Shown in pieces: positions 25,355 through 25,928 of a stretch of 25,928 bases of DNA. Origin of the DNA: Chloroflexota bacterium (GTDB taxonomy: Bacteria; Chloroflexota; Anaerolineae; Anaerolineales; DRMV01); the NCBI GenBank assembly GCA_013153335.1, contig JAADEP010000128.1:1-25928 (forward strand). The letters run 5' to 3'. A program made the translations under genes and the position numbers. The notes below the pieces were generated by a model, which ran no database searches, was not told where the DNA came from, and saw nothing but the letters and a program-made list of their open reading frames with translations. Position 1 is the first letter of the stretch. Every line of letters begins with the position of its first letter.

Positions 25355-25864
25355 TCAGCCTATACCTGAAGGCCCGGTCAGCAGCACCTTATCGGGGCCG
25401 CGGTCGATTTCCCAAGGATAGATGATGTACGCATCGGTGATGGCCGCGTAATAATCGGGGCGCAGCGAGCCGAACAAGTTGCGGTACGGATTGAAGTGTA
25501 GCACGCAGGTATATGGCGTGGCCCCGGCCGCGATGGCTCGAGCGCGCACCGCGGTGATGGTGCGGCCAGAGCCCCAAACGTCGTCGACGATGAGGGTTTT
25601 GCGGCCTTTTAGCAAATGCGCTTCGGGGAATTGGAGGAACTTAGGCCAGGCGCTGAGCTTGGCCTGTTCCATCTCGACTTCGGCCGGGAAATCCACGGCC
25701 GCGGTGAGGATGTGGGTGATGTCCAGGGCTTCAGCCAACAGCCCGCCCGGGACCAATCCGCCTCGCGTGATGATGATCATCGCGTCGAATTCGGTATCGA
25801 ATTGCGGGATCAAGTACTCAATGAGCTTGTCGACCTCGTCCCAAGTCAAAATCTCCTGGCGCAT
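25355..25864 (-). CDS. Type I phosphoribosyltransferase (xanthine/guanine PRT-like)
   Basis: ILTWDEV, ITRGGLVPG, PRPP motif LIVDDVWGSGRT and PDYY...YIIYPWE. Confidence 0.85.
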   Translation of the reverse strand: MRQEILTWDEVDKLIEYLIPQFDTEFDAMIIITRGGLVPGGLLAEALDITHILTAAVDFPAEVEMEQAKLSAWPKFLQFPEAHLLKGRKTLIVDDVWGSGRTITAVRARAIAAGATPYTCVLHFNPYRNLFGSLRPDYYAAITDAYIIYPWEIDRGPDKVLLTGPSGIG

Positions 25865-25902
25865 ACGTCGGGCTCCACAGCGAGGTATGATGCGGGATCG
25901 CG

Positions 25903-25910
25903 ATTATACC
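25903..25910 (-). promoter_or_regulatory. -10 element for the PRT-protease-FkbM-der cluster
   Basis: GGTATAAT on the minus strand about 40 nt upstream of the PRT ATG. Confidence 0.55.
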
Positions 25911-25928
25911 GTGGTTCGACGCGGGATG

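Noticed and set aside
25884-25891. Plus-strand GGTATGAT as a divergent promoter
   Set aside because: The downstream gene lies outside the window, so it cannot be assessed.

Overview
GC-rich bacterial chromosomal window, most likely from Chloroflexota (Anaerolineae-like; inferred from SecY, S5, L17 and RpoA sequence features). Bases 1-13871 hold the 3' part of the S10-spc-alpha ribosomal superoperon: rplP(partial)-rpmC-rpsQ-rplN-rplX-rplE-rpsN-rpsH-rplF-rplR-rpsE-rpmD-rplO-secY-adk-map-rpmJ-rpsM-rpsK-rpsD-rpoA-rplQ-truA-rplM-rpsI. infA is missing from its usual place, and an antitoxin/Doc-type toxin pair is wedged between truA and rplM with overlapping stop and start codons. Next come tRNA-Ser(TGA), tRNA-Ser(GCT), an unusual tRNA-Arg(GCG), surE and a SAM methyltransferase. 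On the minus strand are cofG and cofH (deazaflavin FO synthase), which share a reading frame and are separated by a single TGA. A ~700 bp intergenic region contains a 184-bp tandem REP-like palindrome array between two mirror-image promoters, plus a structured leader upstream of dedA. The window ends with pckA and a minus-strand cluster of phosphoribosyltransferase, membrane serine protease, FkbM methyltransferase and der. No CRISPR array, rRNA or transposase is visible. The most promising leads are the embedded TA module with a D-to-N catalytic-motif change, the dedA leader, the cofG/cofH junction, tRNA-Arg(GCG) and the repeat array. All family assignments come from motif recognition; no database search was run.
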